Below are positions 12,401 to 23,331 of a stretch of 64,000 bases of DNA, one piece after another. The stretch is from the NCBI GenBank assembly GCA_963833985.1, contig CAWIAD010000002.1, forward strand, positions 2,272,001 to 2,336,000, written 5' to 3'. A program made the translations under genes and the position numbers. Each line of letters starts with the position of its first letter. Positions within the stretch are counted from its first letter, which is position 1. The notes below the pieces were generated by a model, which saw only the letters and a program-made list of their open reading frames with translations, ran no database searches and was not told where the DNA came from. This stretch comes from an uncultured Planctomycetaceae bacterium. GTDB lineage: Bacteria; Planctomycetota; Planctomycetia; Isosphaerales; Isosphaeraceae.

Positions 12401-15400
12401 CCCATCAGCCGGGTGCACGAGCCGCCAGGCCCGATCTCCAGAAACACCCGGAACCCGTCCGCGTAGGCCTGATCGATGACCGCGGGGAAATCGACGACCT
12501 GCGTCGCCTGGGCCGTGATCGCATCGGCGGCCAGGTTACGGTCCGGCCGATACGCTCGGGAACTCACTCCACTGTAGAAGACCAGGTCCGCGGGCGACTC
12601 CGTGGGGTGGTCGTGCAGGGCTCGGTACTCCTGCTCCACGGCGCGGCCAATCTCGCAGTGCACCGTGCTCACCATCGGCAGCTCGAGGAACGAGCACCCC
12701 AGGGCGGCGACAACCGCGCGGACCGCGGCCCGCTGGCCGCCGATCACCGTTTCCTCGGAAGTGTTCCTGATCAGGACGTAGACCCGTGCACGACCGCGGA
12801 GTGCCGTTTCGACCAGGGCGGCCGTGCGCGGGACGATGCCGGCCACCCAGTCCACCGGCTCCGCGGGATCAAGATTCCAGACCCTTTGCGCCGCGAGGCA
12901 AGGACCGGCCAGCTCGGTGGCGAACAGGGGCGACGCCAGAAGTGCTTGCGCCAGCAAATCCCGATCGGTCCACGCGCCGAGCGCCACCAGGGCCGCCGAT
13001 TCGCCCATGCTGTAGCCAATGGCTCCTTGCGGCCGCACTCCCAGGCTCAGGAGCAGGTCGGTCACCAGGCTGCCAACGGCCACCTGGCTGAGGATCGACT
13101 GGCGGTGATCCACGACGCGCGGAGGCACATCCGCGTTCCACCAGGCGTCGGTCGCAAGCTGAGCGCGCAGCGAGCGGCTGCGTTCCTCCTGGCTGCGATA
13201 GACCTGCGGCCAGAGCGCCGAGAGAGCGCGTCCCATGCCCGGAAAGCCGTTCCCGAGCCCGGGGTAGACGAAGGCGACTCGAGCGGCTGCACCTCGCGGC
13301 GGGCCGGGAGAAATGACGAGTGGCTCCCCGGGTCCGCCCATGGCCGTGCCGCGATCGTGAGCTTCCGCGATCGTCCGCCGGAGCTCCGCGAGACCGCGGC
13401 GCAGCATCGCCGGCGAGGCCGCGATCACCGCCGCGCCCAGCTCCCGGCGGAATCCAGCGGGGACTGCTCGTGCCAGCGGCGGGCGAGTGCCTCGATCGGC
13501 GCGTCTTCATTCGGCCCGGCCAGCGCCTCGAGCCGCTCGATCCGTTCCCGCAGACCTGCCCGATCGTCCGCCTCCAGGGCGAACAGCGCCAGCGCGCGCG
13601 CACCAAGCGGCTGCGCACGCTCGGTCTCCAGCACGCCGGTCGGTTGCCGGCCGTCGTTCACGGCCTCGAGCGTGACAGTCTGTGCCGTGCCGCCCAGCCC
13701 GCGGGTTCGGACCTGCGCCGTGCGCGGGCCTTCGGCAGGGTCGCCCAGCCAGAACTGCGGCTCGACCGGGGCCGTTCCCGGACCCTTGTGCCCGGGAATC
13801 ATCTGCTGGTAGACGCACAGGGACGCCCGGACGACCGCGGCGAGTGCGGTCGCTGCGCCCGGTCGGCCGATCGCCGCCTCCACCGAGCCGATGCTGCCGT
13901 GCGAGGAGAGGATCGTCTCATCGGCCTCGGCCGGGCCGATCGCTGACCGCGTGACTGCCTGCGCCTCGCGAATCGCCGCGTACACCCGGTCGCCGTCGCG
14001 GCATGCGTCGTCCAGGCGCTTGAGCACCAGCGCGGCTGCGCCTTCGCCAGGACTGTGGAGCGTTCCGATGCGGCTGGCCGCAAGCACCGCGCGGAGGTCG
14101 CCGGCCAGATCGACCGCTCCGACGATGGCTGTGTCAAGCTGTCCCCGTTGCAGCATGTCCACGGCCACCTGGAGAGCCTGGGTACCCGAATTCTCGTCGC
14201 AAGAGACCGAGAAGCTGGGCCCGCCGATGCGGTACTCGCGGGCGATCCGGCTGGCCACCAGCCCGCCCAGCGAGCCCATCGTCCGGTTCGCCGAGAGCGC
14301 GGGGCTGACCGCCTGCTGGAGCGAGTCGATCCACGCTTCGAGGTCGACGTCGGTGAGCTCGAGCCCGAGCCGGCGGTTCCAGGCCGCGGCCTGCGCGACG
14401 ATCCACCAGCGAAGCTGGTAATTGTTGGTGTTCTGATCGAGCCCAAGGCCGATGAGCACGCCGCTCCTCGGGCTCAAGCGGCCGGCACCGCCCGCGTTCT
14501 CGATGGCATCGGCGGCCACCTCGAGCATGAGCGACTGCTGGGGGAGCATCTCTTCCAGCTCACGCGGGGGGATCCGGAACCGGCCGGCCCTCAGGCGCAG
14601 GGCGTCCAGGTAATGGCCAGGGAACCTGGAGGGCTCCAGCGACGAGTCGTGGCCGGCTGCTTCTGTCCCCGGTACGACCCACCAGCGCCCATCAGGCGGC
14701 GGGGCCGCGGATCTTGAGCGTGTGAGAACCTGCTGCTGGAACGCGCGCAGATCGGCCACGCCGCCGAACCGGGCCGCCATGCCCACGATCGCCACGGGCC
14801 TGGTCGCCTGGGGCGTGCCGAGGCGCGATCGGCGCCCGGAGTGCGGGCCTCGGTCGCTGCGACCAGCGGGCTCGATCCACTCCTCGATCAAGACGTGTGC
14901 GTTGATGCCGCCGAAGCCGAAGCCGGAGAGCGCGGCGCGGCGCGGCAGGGCGGGGTCGCGGCGCGGCCACGGCTCGGGCGAGGTCAGGACCCTGAAGGCG
15001 CTCCCCCAAGTTCCAGCCGGGGGGCCGTGGCGGTCAGATTGGCCGTCGGCGGCAGAATCCCGTGTTTCAGCGCCAGCAGCAGCTTGACCAGGCCCGCGGC
15101 TCCGGCCGCGGTGAGCATGTGGCCCACGTTCGATTTCACCGAGCCGATCACGCACTGGCCGGGCCGCCAGTTGCCGTCCGGATCGCCCCAGAGTTGCCGC
15201 AGGCTGGCGACTTCCACCGCGTCGCCCAGCGGCGTGCCGGTCGCGTGGCATTCCAACAGGTCCACGTCCCACGGGCTCCATGCCGCTTGCTCATAGGCCG
15301 CCCGGAGGGCACGAAGCTGGCCCTCGGAGCTGGGAGCCAGCAGATCGCCCTGCACGTCGTTGGACAGGCCGATGCCCCGGATCACCGCGTGAATCGTGTC

Positions 15401-16223
15401 GCCGGCCGCGATGGCATCGTCCAGCCGTTTCAGCACGAATAACCCGGCGCCCTCGCCGACGACCAGGCCGTCGGCGGCCGCGTCGAAGGGCGCGGGCGTG
15501 CCGCTTGCGGAGAGCGCCCGGAGCTGTGTGAAACCCATCTGCGTGTAGAGCGGATCGGGCCGGGAGACACCACCGGTGAGCATGAGATCCGCTCGACCTG
15601 ATTGCAGCTCGTCACTGGCAAGCTTGAGCGCGTAGAGCGACGAGGCGCAGGCTGCGTCGAGCGTGAACTGGACGCCGCCCAGACCAAGGGCCTGGGCCAC
15701 CAGCGCCGCGGGAAGGCCTGCCGGAAAGGCGTCGAGGGGCTCCGTCCTGCCCGTGGCAGGATCGTCCACCCCGAGCGCTTTCTCGATGAACGCGCCGAGG
15801 ACTTCCCGCGAGTGCGCCGAAGAGCCCTCCGTGGGGAGGACGATGTTGCCGAAGATCACGCCCGAGCGGCTGCGGTCCACGCCTTCGGTGCGCGGCCGAG
15901 CTCCAGGCCATCCGTGCCCCACGCAGGACCAGCCGGAAGACGGGGTCGAGACGACCGACCAGGCCGGGGTCCAGGTTCAGGCCGTCGAGATCGCAAGCGA
16001 GCTCGCCGACGAAGCCGCCTCGGGTGGAAATCACCCGGTCGGGCCGCGGTCCTTCAGGGTCGCAGGCGCACAACGGATCGAGCAGCCAGCGGCCGGCGGG
16101 TACTTCCGTGGTGGCATCCACGGCCCCGACGATGTTCGCCCAGAATTGATCCGGCCCGCCGGCTCCGGGGAAGGTCCCCCCGTAGCCGACGATGGCGATT
16201 GCTGCGTCGTCTGGCGTGCTCAT
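9421..16223 (-). CDS. pfaBC: PfaB/C-type PUFA synthase subunit (KS-CLF-AT-FabA-like DH x4); frameshifts near 15895, 15005 and 13435
   Basis: KS with DAACASS, HATGT and SGFGFGG; second Cys-less KS-like domain; AT GYSMGE; FabA-type WF..HF..D.V.PG motifs. Four abutting ORFs. Confidence 0.85.
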
Positions 16224-16240
16224 GGCGGCCCGGGCCTCGA

Positions 16241-19200
16241 TCAGCTCGAGGCGGTTTCAAGTTGTGAGAGACGGTTGCGGCGGAATGCGTGGTTGAGCGC
16301 GGAGTCGATCACGCACTCGTAGCCTTCAATGCGTGCCACCAGCTTCCCCTCCGCGTCGACAAGCTCGATGTCGGCCACGGCCCGGTGCCTGGAGTGGTCG
16401 CGCACGCTGGCAAGGACTCGAACGCCCTGGGCGGGAAACGCCTTGCGGAACTGGCGGTACGCTCCAATCGCAGTGGGCAGCGAATTGGATCCCAGGTGTT
16501 CGCGGGTCCACAGTACCACCAGCTGAAAGGCCGCGTCGATAGCCAGCGGATCGGTGATCCAGGAGCGCCGCAAGGGACGCTCGATCCACGCGGCCGGCGG
16601 CGGCGACGTCGCGGCCCAGCCTGCGATCAGGCCGTCATTCCAGCCGTCGATGCGCTGGATCGCCTGCATGGCCGGCCCATGGAAAAGCACCCGGCGATAG
16701 ATCTCCGCGTGCTCGGTGGCCGTGGGAGCAAGCCGGGTTTCGCAGATCAGCCGCTCTCCGGCAGGGTACTGGGCCGCGAGCATCACGCTACCGCGCGCGT
16801 GGGTGATCTCGCGGCCGCTCCCGAGCATGCCGCGGAGCTCCACGGTCGCCAGGATCGAGGCGTTGCCCCGGGGCTGGCCCTTGTCCGCGCGGAGCGAGAC
16901 CGTCACGGCCCTTTGGTCACGCAGCACCACACCCTTGTGCAGCTTGACGTTTTCCACGCTCTGCACCACCAACCCCGGATGCCGGTGCGCCGCGGTTTCG
17001 GCCAGCCATTCCAGGATCAGCGCCATGGGCAGTACGGCGTGGCCATCAATGACATGGTCGCGCAGTACCGGCAGAGCATCCATGTCGATGCGCCGCTCGA
17101 AGACCGGCTCGAGGTGAGTCGTCGGGCGAGGTTCCAGCGCGGGTGCGGCCGTCGGGGAATGGCCGTGTCCGTGCGTCCTGGCGGACGCGGCGTCCGGCTC
17201 GCTGGCGGCCCTGGCCAGCACCACAAGCTCCACGGGAAGCTCAGCGCCCTTCTGGATCTCATGGACGAGCAACCTGGCTCCGTCGCCAGGCGGAATCAGG
17301 CCCAGGCCCTCGCGCTCGAACATGGGCTTGAGCGCGGCGGTGACCATGCCGCCGTCCCAGGGGCCCCAGTTGAACGCCACGACCCGGCAGGACGACAGCT
17401 CACGGGCCAGCTTCTGAGCAAACTTGTTGAGCCACTCGTTGGCGGCGGCATACGCTGCCTGGCCGGTGCGGCCGAACCGCGCCGTGGACGAGGAGAACAC
17501 GGCCAGAAATCGCAATTGCTGCGGGTCCACGGCTTCCATGAGCGACCACAGTCCGTCCACCTTCGTGTCGAAGACCTGCGCGAACTGGGAGTCCGTGAGG
17601 TCCTCGATCCGCCTGTCCGCGAGGACCCCCGCGCCGTGGACCAGACCGCGTACCGGCCCGGCTTGCCGGCACACCGCGGCCAGCAGCCCGTGCACCGCCT
17701 CTCGGTCGCGGACGTCGACGGCGTGATAGCTGACCTCGGCACCCGCCTCCGCAATCCGCTTCAGATTGCCGCGGATCTCCCGCTGAGACAGGATCAGCCG
17801 CAGGTGCTCGTTCACGGCCTGGGGCGGGCACGGTTTCTCGGCATGCTCGAGGATCGCCCTGCGGATCGCGGCTTCGCTCGGGAGCCCGGCCAGCCAGGCT
17901 GGCTCCTCGCCTGGTTCCGGCGTGCGGCCCAGCAGCACCAGCCGCGGCCGGCTCGACCGGGCAAGCTCCAGGGCGGCCTCCGCCGTGATGCCCCGAGCTC
18001 CGCCGCTGATCACCACGACGTCGCCTTCTCGAAGCCCGGGCGGAGGCGTTTCCTCGCGCTGGGGGCGGACATGCGGCACCAGCTCGACTCCGTAGGTGGA
18101 GCGGGCGGTCAACCCGACCTCGACCGGGCCCCCGGAAAAGAGCTCGGTGACGAGCCGGTCGGCGGCCTCCGGACTCTGGAACGACGCGTCCAGGTCCACG
18201 GCCTTGCAGTGCACCTCGGGCCATTCGTGGCTTGCCGTTTTCGTGAGCCCCGCAAGCGCGCCCGAGACGGGGTTGATGGATCCGGCCAGGCCGTTCAGAC
18301 CCAGGAGACCGTCCAGGCGGGAAACGGTCATCAGCACCGCCCCACCGCGCTCCGCTTGCCGTCTCAGTGCCGGACCCGCGGTACGAATGAGCCGGAATGC
18401 GTGCTTGACCAGGTCGACCCCTGCTGCCGAAGGCGGTGCAAGGAGGATCATGCCCGCCAGGTTGTCGGCCGGCGCAGGCGTGGCGGCGTCGTGGTCGATC
18501 ACCTGAACCTCGTGTCCCAGGCCGGTGAGCCGATGAACCAGCGCCGGGGTCAGCGGGCTCCGGTCGTCGACCAGCCACAAAAGGCTTCCGGGGGGAAGGG
18601 CCAGACGCTCGCGACGATGCGGATCGGCCAGCGGCCGCGCGTGCGGCACGAGGCATTCGAGCGTCGCATGGACTGGCCCGGCCGCCGGTGCAGAGGCCGG
18701 GGCTGCTGCCGCGGGAGCGGGTTCGGGCGCCTGAGCAGCTCGGCCTTCCTCCGCGGGGACCGATGGGGTGCCCGTTGGATGGTCGAGGAATCCGGCGATC
18801 TGTCGGAGCGTGCGGAGAGTGCCAAGCTGTTCGGGCCCGACGAGTGGTGCATCGGGGAGCCTGTCCTGGATGGCGGAGAGGATCTCGACGCGTTTGATGG
18901 AGTCGATGCCGAGGTCATCGTCCAGCATCATGTCGAGCTCGAGCATCTCGGCGGGGTAGCCGGTCTTCTCCGCCACCACCTCGAGGAGCACGGCGGTGCA
19001 GTGGGCGGCATGGTCCATCGTGTGCTGGTCGCCGTTGCGGGAGGGAGAACTCGTGGCGGATGTGAAAGCGGCTGTGGCCGCGTGCGCGGGTTGCGGATGG
19101 TCGAGGAATCCGGCGATCTGTCGGAGCGTGCGGAGAGTGCCAAGCTGTTCGGGCCCGACGAGTGGTGCATCGGGGAGCCTGTCCTGGATGGCGGAGAGGA

Positions 19201-22200
19201 TCTCGACGCGTTTGATGGAGTCGATGCCGAGGTCATCGTCCAGCATCATGTCGAGCTCGAGCATCTCGGCGGGGTAGCCGGTCTTCTCCGCCACCACCTC
19301 CAGGAGTACGGCGGTGCAGTGGGCGGCATGGTCCATCGTGTGCTGGTCGCCGTTGCGGGAGGGAGAACTCGTGGCGGATGTGAAAGCGGCTGTGGCCGCG
19401 TGCGCGGGTTGCGGATGGTCGAGGAATCCGGCGATCTGTCGGAGCGTGCGGAGAGTGCCAAGCTGTTCGGGCCCGACGAGTGGTGCATCGGGGAGCCTGT
19501 CCTGGATGGCGGAGAGGATCTCGACGCGTTTGATGGAGTCGATGCCGAGGTCATCATCCAGCAGCATGTCGAGCTCGAGCATCTCGACGGGGTACCCGGT
19601 CTTCTCCGCCACCACCTCCAGGAGTGCCGGTACGACATGGGGTTGAGCATGCGGGGCAGGCCGGTCTGGCCCGCTTGCCGGTCCGTGCATGGCGGCTTCC
19701 GCGCCTTGCGAATGAGCCCGGCCGTTCACCGCTTCGAGGGCGCCCCTGTGATCCTTGGCTTCCGTGAGTTTGAGCGGCGGAGCGACCGCAAGGTCTCGAC
19801 CTGCCAGCACCGCGGGCGCGGCAGGTTCCGGCGGGCTGCTGGGGAAAGCAGCGCTCTGGCCGAGCATGGTCGCGGTGAGCCGATGCTGCCTTTCGAGCAG
19901 GGACTGGAAGGTCTGCTGGGTTGCGGCCTGCCCTTCCAGAAACTGGCGGTGCAACTGTGCCGTCTGCTCGGCCAGTCGCTGTAGCGCGAGCAGGTTGTCC
20001 TGGGTCTGGCGGAGGGCCAGGCCCAGCGCGGTCTGGCCGGAGGCCGGCATGGGTTCAAAGTGTGCTGCCGTCGCCGTGGCCCGAGCCGGGACAGCGGCCG
20101 CCGTGGCCCGTGCGGCTGTGGAACCTGAGGCGGGCTTTCCGTTGCCGTCAGACTGCATGTTCAGCTCGGAAGGTTTCATGGTCCGCTCGAAAGAAACAGG
20201 CTCACCGGCGTGGTGATGGCCGTCGGCATGCTGCGGCTGTGCCGCGGTCGCAAGAATCTTCGGCGCTCGATCCCGCGCCGCCGCCGCCGGCCGCTCACCG
20301 GTCGAGGGCGCGGTGACTTCCGGCACCCCGCGCGGGCCGGTAGCGGTCGTCGCGAGCGCAGTCCGTGCGGTCCGGGACGGTGTGGGATGGGCGCCAGAGA
20401 CCTTGACTGTCAGGCTCTTCCGCCTCGCCGCCGGCGGGGACGCGGGCGCGGGAAGGGCATCATCCCAGCGAGAGAGCTTGACGGGGAAGCCGAGCGCGGC
20501 CAGCCGCGCCAGGGCCAGGGCCAGTCCGATGAGGTCTTCGTCCTCGCCGTCTCCGGCGGAGCCCTGGACGGCGATGGCATGGTGTTCCCGGCCATCGAGG
20601 ATCGACCGCACCAGTCCGGTCAACCGGGTCCCCGGTCCCACTTCCAGAAACGTATGGGCCCCCATCTGGTACATCGCCTCGACCTGGGCCACGAATTCCA
20701 CGGGCCGCGCGAGCTGTCCGGCCAGTAGGTCCCGGGCCGCTTCCGGATCGGCGGGGTAGGGGGCAGCCGTGCTGTTGCTCATGACGGGAAGCGTACCGGG
20801 TTTGACCTCGATGCTCGTCAGGAAGTCGCGCAGACCGGCCTCGGCCCGGGCCACCAGACGGCTGTGGAACGCGGCCGAAACCGCCAGCGGCGTCGTCCTC
20901 ACCCCGGCATCGCCCAGCAGCGTCGCCGCGCGTGCCATTTCCGCCGAAGGCCCGGCGAGGACGCACTGGGCCGGAGCGTTCTTGTTGGCGACGACCACGT
21001 CCAGGGCGTACTCCTCGATCAGCCTTGCCACCTGCTCCAGCGGTGCGAGGACCGCCAGCATGGCCCCGGGGTCGCCGTCCCCCGCGCACCCGGCCATGAG
21101 AGCGCCTCGGCGCCGCGAGAGCCGGGCCAGCGCCTCGGCGTCGAGCCGGCCGGCCGCGTGCAGTGCGGTCAATTCGCCGAAGCTGTGCCCTCCAACGAGT
21201 GCGGGGCGGACGCCGAAATCCTCGAGGATCCGCCACAGCCCCACCGACACCGCGCCCAGCGCAGGCTGAGCGAAACGGGTGTCGCGCAGCATTTCGTGCT
21301 GCCGGCGGCGGTCGTCATCCCGGAAACAAGACGGCGGATAGATCAGGTCGCTCAGCCTTGGCTCGCCGTCGCCGGCCAGGCCGTTCCAGAGCGCCAGTGC
21401 GTCCTGCATGTGCGGGAACCGGCAGGCCAGGTCGCAGAACATGCCCACGGCCTGGGATCCCTGGCCCGGAAAGAGCATCGCCAGCGCGCCGCGCTGCGGG
21501 CCGGAACCCATGGAAACCGAGCGAGCGGCGGCCCCGTCGAGGCCGGTGCCTCGCAGGTCCCCGGTCGTTGCCGGCCGGGTGCGGCCGTGTGCGACCTGCT
21601 CGAGCTTCTCCGCGGCTGCCGCCATCAGCCTCGCGGGCTTGAGCCCTCCCCGCCGGCACACAACGAGCACCCGGAACCCGTGCTCGGCGCGAAACGACCC
21701 GCGGCTCTGAGCCGCTTCCTGCCGCACCGTGCTCCACTGCGGCTCGTCCTTCCAGCGGGGGAGCCGCTCGGCAAGGCGGACCGGGTCGGCGTCCGAGTAA
21801 GCCAGGATCTGCACATCGCCGCCCCAGTCGATGGCGGCCGGTTCCGGGCCGGCCTCCTCCAGCAGGCAATGAAAATTGCTGCCGCCGAACCCGAAGGCGC
21901 TGACCGCCGCTCGGCGAGGGTGGCCGCCGCCGGGCAGCCACGGCCGGCTGCTGGCGTTCACGTAGAAGGGCGAGGTCCCCGAGGCGAGCGACTCGATCGG
22001 TTGCTCCACCTTGATCGTCGGCGGCAAGACCTTGTGGTGCAGCGCCAGGGCCGCCTTGATCAGCCCCGCGGCACCCGCGGCCGCCTTGGTATGGCCCACC
22101 TGCGACTTCACGGACCCCAGCGCGCACCACGGCCCGCCCGCGCCGGCTTGCCGGTACACCTGCTCGAGCGCTTCCAGCTCGATCGCATCGCCCACCCGCG

Positions 22201-23320
22201 TGCCCGTGCCGTGGGCCTCCACCAGCTCGATCGACCGTGGCGATACGCCGGCCAGCTCGTACGCCTGACGCAACGCCTTCACCTGCCCGGCAGCGCTCGG
22301 CGCGTAAACGGCCTGGCCCTTGCCGTCGCTCGATGTCCCCATCGACCGGATCACCGCGTAGATGCGGTCGCCGTCGCGGCGGGCGTCGGCCAGCCGCTTC
22401 AGCACCATGATCCCCAGGCCCTCGCCCAGCGTCGTGCCGTCGGCCGAGGCGTCGAACGGCCGGGCGTCGCCGGAGGGGGACAGCGCGGGCGTCTTGCTGA
22501 AGCACATGTACATGAAAATGTCATTGAACGTATCTAGCCCTCCGGAGACGGCAAGGTCGCAGCGTCCGGCGGCCAGCTCGAGCATGGCCAGGTTCACCGC
22601 GCCAAGCGAGCTGGCGCAGGCGGCGTCGACAACGCAGTTGGTGCCCCCCAGGTCCAGGCGATTGGCGATCCGGCCGGCGGCCACATTCCCCAGCAGGCCG
22701 GGAAACGAGCTCTCCTGCCAGCCGACGTACGAATCGGCGATGCGGCGGACGACGTTTTCGGTCGTTGCCTCATCGACACCCTCTGCTTCCAGGGCGCGGC
22801 GCCAGATGGGGTGCCCCAGCCTGGCACCCAGGGGAATGACCAGCTCGAGGGTTCCGGTCACCCCCAGGATCACGCTCACGCGGTCTCGCGCATGCTCGCG
22901 GTTGGGGCCATACCCGGCGTCGTTCAGGGCGTCGCGGGCCACCAGCAGTCCCAGAAGCTGCGTCGTGTCGGTCGCGTCCACGGTGTGTGGGGCGATGCCG
23001 AAATCGAGCAGCGGAAAATCGACCGGTGTCAGGAAACCGCCCCGCCGCGCATAGGTCCGGTCGGCGGCCTTGGGGTCGTTGTGCCAGTAGTCCTCGGGCC
23101 GCCAGTGGGTCGGCGGAATCTCCGTGATGGCATCCACACGGTTACGGATATTCAACCAGAAGCGGGCCAGGTCGTCGGCCATGGGGAACATGCAGCCCAT
23201 TCCGATGATGGCCACCGGAACGGGTTGCGGGGAATCGGCTTCAGTCAAGTCAGTTCCCTTTCGAGCGTCGCAGCGGGCAGGATGATGGCGTGGACCCTGG
23301 GACGTTATCGGTTCGCGCAA
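16241..23320 (-). CDS. pfaA: PfaA-type iterative type I PUFA synthase (KS-MAT-ACPx3-KR-DH); real start possibly TTG near 23248
   Basis: DAACASS, EAHGTGT, AT GHSFGE/AFHS, three LGIDSIKRVEIL ACPs, KR GGARGI..YAAAN, and DH DHVIDGHAVLP. Confidence 0.92.
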   Translation of the reverse strand: MREPITSQGPRHHPARCDARKGTDLTEADSPQPVPVAIIGMGCMFPMADDLARFWLNIRNRVDAITEIPPTHWRPEDYWHNDPKAADRTYARRGGFLTPVDFPLLDFGIAPHTVDATDTTQLLGLLVARDALNDAGYGPNREHARDRVSVILGVTGTLELVIPLGARLGHPIWRRALEAEGVDEATTENVVRRIADSYVGWQESSFPGLLGNVAAGRIANRLDLGGTNCVVDAACASSLGAVNLAMLELAAGRCDLAVSGGLDTFNDIFMYMCFSKTPALSPSGDARPFDASADGTTLGEGLGIMVLKRLADARRDGDRIYAVIRSMGTSSDGKGQAVYAPSAAGQVKALRQAYELAGVSPRSIELVEAHGTGTRVGDAIELEALEQVYRQAGAGGPWCALGSVKSQVGHTKAAAGAAGLIKAALALHHKVLPPTIKVEQPIESLASGTSPFYVNASSRPWLPGGGHPRRAAVSAFGFGGSNFHCLLEEAGPEPAAIDWGGDVQILAYSDADPVRLAERLPRWKDEPQWSTVRQEAAQSRGSFRAEHGFRVLVVCRRGGLKPARLMAAAAEKLEQVAHGRTRPATTGDLRGTGLDGAAARSVSMGSGPQRGALAMLFPGQGSQAVGMFCDLACRFPHMQDALALWNGLAGDGEPRLSDLIYPPSCFRDDDRRRQHEMLRDTRFAQPALGAVSVGLWRILEDFGVRPALVGGHSFGELTALHAAGRLDAEALARLSRRRGALMAGCAGDGDPGAMLAVLAPLEQVARLIEEYALDVVVANKNAPAQCVLAGPSAEMARAATLLGDAGVRTTPLAVSAAFHSRLVARAEAGLRDFLTSIEVKPGTLPVMSNSTAAPYPADPEAARDLLAGQLARPVEFVAQVEAMYQMGAHTFLEVGPGTRLTGLVRSILDGREHHAIAVQGSAGDGEDEDLIGLALALARLAALGFPVKLSRWDDALPAPASPPAARRKSLTVKVSGAHPTPSRTARTALATTATGPRGVPEVTAPSTGERPAAAARDRAPKILATAAQPQHADGHHHAGEPVSFERTMKPSELNMQSDGNGKPASGSTAARATAAAVPARATATAAHFEPMPASGQTALGLALRQTQDNLLALQRLAEQTAQLHRQFLEGQAATQQTFQSLLERQHRLTATMLGQSAAFPSSPPEPAAPAVLAGRDLAVAPPLKLTEAKDHRGALEAVNGRAHSQGAEAAMHGPASGPDRPAPHAQPHVVPALLEVVAEKTGYPVEMLELDMLLDDDLGIDSIKRVEILSAIQDRLPDAPLVGPEQLGTLRTLRQIAGFLDHPQPAHAATAAFTSATSSPSRNGDQHTMDHAAHCTAVLLEVVAEKTGYPAEMLELDMMLDDDLGIDSIKRVEILSAIQDRLPDAPLVGPEQLGTLRTLRQIAGFLDHPQPAHAATAAFTSATSSPSRNGDQHTMDHAAHCTAVLLEVVAEKTGYPAEMLELDMMLDDDLGIDSIKRVEILSAIQDRLPDAPLVGPEQLGTLRTLRQIAGFLDHPTGTPSVPAEEGRAAQAPEPAPAAAAPASAPAAGPVHATLECLVPHARPLADPHRRERLALPPGSLLWLVDDRSPLTPALVHRLTGLGHEVQVIDHDAATPAPADNLAGMILLAPPSAAGVDLVKHAFRLIRTAGPALRRQAERGGAVLMTVSRLDGLLGLNGLAGSINPVSGALAGLTKTASHEWPEVHCKAVDLDASFQSPEAADRLVTELFSGGPVEVGLTARSTYGVELVPHVRPQREETPPPGLREGDVVVISGGARGITAEAALELARSSRPRLVLLGRTPEPGEEPAWLAGLPSEAAIRRAILEHAEKPCPPQAVNEHLRLILSQREIRGNLKRIAEAGAEVSYHAVDVRDREAVHGLLAAVCRQAGPVRGLVHGAGVLADRRIEDLTDSQFAQVFDTKVDGLWSLMEAVDPQQLRFLAVFSSSTARFGRTGQAAYAAANEWLNKFAQKLARELSSCRVVAFNWGPWDGGMVTAALKPMFEREGLGLIPPGDGARLLVHEIQKGAELPVELVVLARAASEPDAASARTHGHGHSPTAAPALEPRPTTHLEPVFERRIDMDALPVLRDHVIDGHAVLPMALILEWLAETAAHRHPGLVVQSVENVKLHKGVVLRDQRAVTVSLRADKGQPRGNASILATVELRGMLGSGREITHARGSVMLAAQYPAGERLICETRLAPTATEHAEIYRRVLFHGPAMQAIQRIDGWNDGLIAGWAATSPPPAAWIERPLRRSWITDPLAIDAAFQLVVLWTREHLGSNSLPTAIGAYRQFRKAFPAQGVRVLASVRDHSRHRAVADIELVDAEGKLVARIEGYECVIDSALNHAFRRNRLSQLETASS
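18777..19625. repeat. Near-identical 318-bp tandem repeat encoding the three PfaA ACP domains and linkers
   Basis: Units begin at about 18777, 19095 and 19413 with almost identical nucleotide sequence. Confidence 0.95.
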
Positions 23321-23331
23321 GAGCCCCTATC

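Noticed and set aside
16289..22537. Long plus-strand ORFs (1231 aa, 557 aa) opposite pfaA, and similar shadow ORFs elsewhere
   Set aside because: These are antisense shadows expected from high-GC codon bias and contain no recognisable motifs.
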